Shown one piece after another: positions 46,837 to 51,065 of a stretch of DNA of 51,065 bases (position 1 is its first letter; every line of letters starts with the position of its first letter). The stretch comes from a bacterium (lineage in GTDB: Bacteria > JACRDZ01 > JAQUKH01): the NCBI GenBank assembly GCA_028719205.1, contig JAQUKH010000018.1, positions 1 to 51,065 on the forward strand, in the 5' to 3' direction. The notes beneath the pieces were generated by a model that worked only from the letters and a program-made list of their open reading frames with translations, searched no databases and had not been told where the DNA came from. The translations under genes were made by a program, and so were the position numbers.

Positions 46837-47993
46837 CCTTGATAAACAATAGAACTTATGACCTCAATATGGCTTGTCTGCGGGAACATATCGATCGGCT
46901 GGATCTTTTCCAGTTTATAACCAAAATTATTAAGAATCATAATATCCCGCGCAAATGTTGAAGGATTACAGGAAATATATATAATTTTTTTGACTTTATG
47001 ATTGCCTATTAATTTTAAGATATCCGGCTGGCAGCCCGTTCTGGGAGGATCAAGTACGATAGTATCCGGAATGGCCTTCTTCATCAATTCCGGCAATTTT
47101 TCTTCCACTTTCCCTTGTATCGAAATAAGATTATTTAGTCCATTCATTGAAGCATTCAAAGCCGTAACTTCATTTGCCTCGCGCCCTTCTTCAAATCCAT
47201 AAACCTTAGATGCCTTCTCCGCAAGGAAAACCGAAAAAAATCCCACACCCGAAAAACAATCAAAAAGGACTTCGTCCTTTTTTGCTCCGGCATATTCCAT
47301 AACTATTCCTGCCATTTTTTCAAGTAAAGACCTGTTTGTCTGGAAAAAGGAATTTATCGGCACAGAAAACCTTTGATTCAAAACCTGATAAGAAAGTATC
47401 TGCTTTTTATCTTTAATATCAGAATACACCTTGCCACCATTATCTAAAACAATACGGAACGAAGGCGGCAAGGTTTTATGCTCTTTTTTTAATTTTTTAC
47501 AGTATTCGTTTGTCTCGGGTTCTCCCAAGAGGCAATCATCCACGTCAACCAGAGTCTTATTGTCGTATGCATAAAAACCCGTTTTACTGCCAATAGAATG
47601 AAATTCCAAAAACCGCCGGTAGTTATATGTTTTTGGGGAAGGAATAACCGGTTCAGGGGATAAATCTATTTTTGCGATATGTTTAAATATCTCTCTAACT
47701 TGTTTTCTTTTTATCTCAAGCTGATGCTTATAATCAATATGCTGATACTGGCAGCCAGCGCAGACGGAAAAATATGGGCATGGCGGAATGACCCTGAAAT
47801 CGGATTTTTCCAATATCTTTAATGATTTTGCCCGTAAAAAGTTCTTTTTTGCCTCAATTACCTCAGCCTCCACAGTTTCACCATCAATAACATTCCGGAT
47901 AAATACCACACGATTCTCTGATCGCGCGACACCCTCTCCGCCAAAAGCGATAGATTCTATTTTTAGTGTTATTTTTTGTCCGATTTCCATCAT
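46833..47993 (-). CDS. rlmD: 23S rRNA m5U methyltransferase, RlmD/TrmA family
   Basis: TRAM domain, CPYFSVCAGC, SFFQTN, LDPPRTG, YISCNP, DMFPQTSHIE. Confidence 0.9.
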   Translation of the reverse strand: MMEIGQKITLKIESIAFGGEGVARSENRVVFIRNVIDGETVEAEVIEAKKNFLRAKSLKILEKSDFRVIPPCPYFSVCAGCQYQHIDYKHQLEIKRKQVREIFKHIAKIDLSPEPVIPSPKTYNYRRFLEFHSIGSKTGFYAYDNKTLVDVDDCLLGEPETNEYCKKLKKEHKTLPPSFRIVLDNGGKVYSDIKDKKQILSYQVLNQRFSVPINSFFQTNRSLLEKMAGIVMEYAGAKKDEVLFDCFSGVGFFSVFLAEKASKVYGFEEGREANEVTALNASMNGLNNLISIQGKVEEKLPELMKKAIPDTIVLDPPRTGCQPDILKLIGNHKVKKIIYISCNPSTFARDIMILNNFGYKLEKIQPIDMFPQTSHIEVISSIVYQG

Positions 47994-48014
47994 TTTTCCT
48001 GATTAAGTTTTATA

Positions 48015-48043
48015 TTGACGAGGTATTTTTTATATATTATAAT
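48015..48043 (+). promoter_or_regulatory. sigma70 promoter of the cytochrome gene
   Basis: TTGACG-N17-TATAAT. Confidence 0.7.
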
Positions 48044-48099
48044 GCCACTATTCTGAAATTGAAAGGTAAAATTTTCGTCAGAAAAAAAGGGGGCAAAAT

Positions 48100-49257
48100 A
48101 TGGGTTGGTTAAAGGAAAATCTTAAAACAGTAATTATTGTCGTAGTGGTTGGCGGCATCGTTGCCTTTTACGGAGGAATTAAGGTAGCCGATATGCCGTT
48201 CTTCTGTGGAATGCTTTGCCATGAAATGAAGCCTCATGTAGCTTCTTTAAAGGCTAATGTGCATGGGGGAAAAAATGTTATCTGTATGGACTGTCATTCG
48301 CACCAGGGATTTTTTAATCATGCCACTGAGCATATTAAATCTTTAGCTCTTTTAGGCGGCCATTTCAGTAAAGCATATTTAGAAGATGAGTTTGACCTTC
48401 ACAAAAATGTTCAGGGTTTTAATAAAGAAGAAATGGATTTTAAACACAAAAGCAAAGAAGAGCAGGATAAGATCGCTAAGGAATGTTTAAAATGCCACCC
48501 TGCACGTATGACAGGTTCCTATTTTATGGTCCAGCCTGAATTTAAAGATAAAATGATGAATGAAAATTGCCATAGATGCCATGAGGAAATTGTGAAAACC
48601 GGTGAAAAGGATATTGAAAAAGCAAAAGGTTTACTCTCCGCTGAAACAGAAAAACCGGCCATAATCGGAAATGTACATCCTATTCATATAGGGAAAGACA
48701 TTTTATGTACATCATGCCATAACCGTGTAGTTCATAGTGTTAATCCTTCTGTTATGAAATTTGGCATGGATAATTGTATGAAATGCCATAATGGAGAAAA
48801 AGCTCCAAAGGTTGAATGTAAAGGATGCCACAACGGACCGAAAAATCTTTTTGCGGGAACCGGAGCGAGGGATGTTAAAGGTTCCGCGGACTTTATGGCC
48901 GAACAGGAGTGCACTGGATGCCATAACGAAACAGAAGCCTTTAAATACAGCGATGAATTATGTACCGGATGCCACGACGAAGGATATGCTAAAACCAGAC
49001 AGGAATGGCAGTCTGCTTACGAAAATAACATGGCTAAAGCTTCTGAAGGTTATAAAGCATTGAAAGAAACCTTTGAAAAAGCAAAAGCAGAAAATAAAGT
49101 TACAGCTGAAATTGAAGAAAAATTCAAGAAGCTGGAATATAATTATGCTTTCGTTTCGATAGACAGAAGCAGAGGTGTTCATAATAGCGAATATTCAAAA
49201 AGCATATTCAGCGATATTGATACAAAGGTAAATGAAATAAAAGAGGTATTGAAATAA
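48100..49257 (+). CDS. Membrane-anchored multiheme cytochrome c with a NapC/NirT-like N-terminus (8 CxxCH plus 1 CxxxCH)
   Basis: N-terminal TM helix, FCGMLCHEM, CMDCH and seven more CxxCH; helical C-terminus with SRGVHN. Confidence 0.88.
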   Translation: MGWLKENLKTVIIVVVVGGIVAFYGGIKVADMPFFCGMLCHEMKPHVASLKANVHGGKNVICMDCHSHQGFFNHATEHIKSLALLGGHFSKAYLEDEFDLHKNVQGFNKEEMDFKHKSKEEQDKIAKECLKCHPARMTGSYFMVQPEFKDKMMNENCHRCHEEIVKTGEKDIEKAKGLLSAETEKPAIIGNVHPIHIGKDILCTSCHNRVVHSVNPSVMKFGMDNCMKCHNGEKAPKVECKGCHNGPKNLFAGTGARDVKGSADFMAEQECTGCHNETEAFKYSDELCTGCHDEGYAKTRQEWQSAYENNMAKASEGYKALKETFEKAKAENKVTAEIEEKFKKLEYNYAFVSIDRSRGVHNSEYSKSIFSDIDTKVNEIKEVLK

Positions 49258-49274
49258 AATATTGATAGAGAAAC

Positions 49275-49315
49275 AAAAAGCCATCCCGATGCATATAGAT
49301 CGGGATGGCTTTTTT
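49275..49315 (+). terminator. Rho-independent terminator (likely bidirectional)
   Basis: AAAAAGCCATCCCGAT...ATCGGGATGGCTTTTTT. Confidence 0.88.
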
Positions 49316-49321
49316 ATTTTG

Positions 49322-49367
49322 ACCTCCCCTTTGTCCCCTCCTTTGTAAGGAGGGGATTAGGGGTGGT
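49322..49367. repeat. GC-rich palindromic repeat, copy 2
   Basis: ACCTCCCCTTTGTCCCCTCCTTTGTAAGGAGGGGATTAGGGGTGGT. Confidence 0.8.
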
Positions 49368-49376
49368 AATAAAATA

Positions 49377-50621
49377 TTAAAACCATATTAAGCTTTCAAT
49401 CTTACCTTCAAAGTTTAATGTTTTGTCCTGCCTTTTTACCTCAAAATCCAGGAAAGATATACTTGATGTATTTTTATCATTTGACCCAATTAATACTTGT
49501 TTGCCATCTATTGAAAACTGGGTAAAATCACCTTTTGCAAGTTCTGTAACTTTTGACCCGTTTAACTTCATTGTAATAATCTTACCATCGGCAGTAATAA
49601 TCATATCTTTTCCATCAGGAGAAAGAAAAAGCTGTGTAATTTTAGTATAGAGGCGTGATATGTTAACAACATTTTGGTTAAATTCAGTATAGTTAATTTG
49701 TCCGTACTTGGACATACTGATCGTTCCGGTTTTAACCGGCCTGCCGGACGGGATCATAGGTATCGCGCATATTTTTTCGCCGCCTTCCCAGGAAGTGTTC
49801 TGGATATAAAAAAGGAATTCTTCTTTTGAATCTATCACAAAAAGATTTTTCCCGGTTGATTTGGCCTGAGCGCCGTTTGTCAAACGTATCAAATTTGGAA
49901 CTTTCAAACCAATATCAAAAATACAAATTTCAGGGCTTCCTGAGTAATCGGCTAAAAAGGCTATCCCATTACCTGACGGCAAAAACTGTGGTAAATGATT
50001 TGCAGCCTTTTCCGAATTTGGGATCCTGATATCCTCTTGCGTAATGATCGCATTTTCAAAGTATTTTAAGTCACTTTCAAGAAAAATTTCAGGATAAGTC
50101 TGGTTCGGCAAATTAAATTCATAGGCAAGAAAATTTCCATCAGGGGAAAACGTACAATTATTCAAACTAAAAGGCCTTTGATATTTTGAAATATAATCAA
50201 GCTCTTTTCCGTTAATATCAATAAACGATATTTTTGATATCTGCGTCTTCTGAGTGGAACCAACCGCAGGAACCTGAATAGCAATAAACTCTCCGTTATG
50301 GGTTATTGAAGGATTCAATGATATTCCGTTTTTACTTTCGAATATCTTTTTTTGAGACAGGTCTTTTGGGTCAAGTAATACCAGACTGCGGGTTTCACCC
50401 TGGTTTAATTCAACCAAAATTTTATCGATCTTTTTAGCCGGGGCCTTGGATAAATAGTACCCCTCATTTTTGCTCTCCTGGGTTTTAACTGCCATTTTCA
50501 CAGACGTTGTCATTTGCTTAAAAGATCCTTTAGGTTTAAGATATTGATAAAATATAAAGGTGCTGACAAGAATTATCAATAAGGTAATTATTATTTCTGT
50601 AAGATATTTTTTCATCCTCAC
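49377..50621 (-). CDS. Membrane-anchored TolB-like beta-propeller (PD40 repeats)
   Basis: N-terminal TM helix; FSPDGNFLAY, PQFLPSGNGIAF, LSPDGK, FSIDGK. Confidence 0.75.
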   Translation of the reverse strand: MRMKKYLTEIIITLLIILVSTFIFYQYLKPKGSFKQMTTSVKMAVKTQESKNEGYYLSKAPAKKIDKILVELNQGETRSLVLLDPKDLSQKKIFESKNGISLNPSITHNGEFIAIQVPAVGSTQKTQISKISFIDINGKELDYISKYQRPFSLNNCTFSPDGNFLAYEFNLPNQTYPEIFLESDLKYFENAIITQEDIRIPNSEKAANHLPQFLPSGNGIAFLADYSGSPEICIFDIGLKVPNLIRLTNGAQAKSTGKNLFVIDSKEEFLFYIQNTSWEGGEKICAIPMIPSGRPVKTGTISMSKYGQINYTEFNQNVVNISRLYTKITQLFLSPDGKDMIITADGKIITMKLNGSKVTELAKGDFTQFSIDGKQVLIGSNDKNTSSISFLDFEVKRQDKTLNFEGKIESLIWF

Positions 50622-50657
50622 TTCCTTTTTAAAATTATATTTTATATTAAATGGAAC

Positions 50658-51065
50658 TTATTTTCCAGGATTAAACACTATTTTTGCCAATCCGATCAAG
50701 CCGGCATTTTCACCTAACCGGGCTTTGACTATTTTTAATTTTTTTGTGGCATCCGGGAATGCCCTTTTTTTAGTTTCAGAACGAATAGCGTCAAAAAGTT
50801 TTTTACCTAAACCCGCGACACCGCCGCCGACCACGATTATCTCAGGATTTAAAAAATCTGCTATATCCGCGGTAACTATACCAATTTTTTTACCAATGTT
50901 ATCTACGATCTTACAGGCGTTTTTATTGTTTAACCTTGCAAGAGCGCCTAATTCCTTTGGTGAGCCTTTTTCCCCTGACAATCTTAGCATCTCTTCTTCT
51001 ATCGCCTGCCGCCCGACATATCTTTCCAGGCAGCCGTTATTCCCGCAATTACATTTTCTGCCTTC
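50658..51065 (-). CDS. glk: ROK family sugar kinase (glucokinase); 5' end outside the window
   Basis: Frame extends to the window edge: CNCGNNGCLERY, NPEIIVVGGGV, LGENAGLIG. Confidence 0.85.
   Translation of the reverse strand, partial: EGRKCNCGNNGCLERYVGRQAIEEEMLRLSGEKGSPKELGALARLNNKNACKIVDNIGKKIGIVTADIADFLNPEIIVVGGGVAGLGKKLFDAIRSETKKRAFPDATKKLKIVKARLGENAGLIGLAKIVFNPGK

Overview
Low-GC chromosomal window from an apparently anaerobic, diderm bacterium (outer-membrane beta-barrel-like protein, sigma54 system, multiheme cytochromes, Na+-type V/A-ATPase); lineage cannot be fixed from sequence alone. No rRNA, tRNA, CRISPR array or transposase was seen. Housekeeping genes: nth, archaeal-type alanine dehydrogenase, aspC plus NifV-like synthase, a two-component system, an M23 peptidase/bactofilin pair, a complete V-type ATPase operon, deaD, rlmD and a ROK kinase. 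The most notable region is a ~14 kb cluster (15345-28831). It is headed by a clear sigma54 promoter with paired TGTCA-N3-TGACA enhancer-like sites and encodes a 15-heme cytochrome c, UbiD, UbiA, a TIM-barrel epimerase, a Gfo/Idh/MocA oxidoreductase, two U32 proteins, a Cys-less redoxin-TPR protein, a degenerate CPBP protein, a B12-radical SAM enzyme, inositol-1-phosphate synthase and an O-methyltransferase. It is a candidate undescribed pathway for a prenylated quinone or cyclitol lipid linked to electron transfer. The window also carries several families of short palindromic and heptamer repeats, some inserted in frame inside genes, a candidate structured leader RNA, a frameshifted gene and a decayed MNT-HEPN toxin-antitoxin pair. 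Family calls are from motif recognition only; no searches were run.
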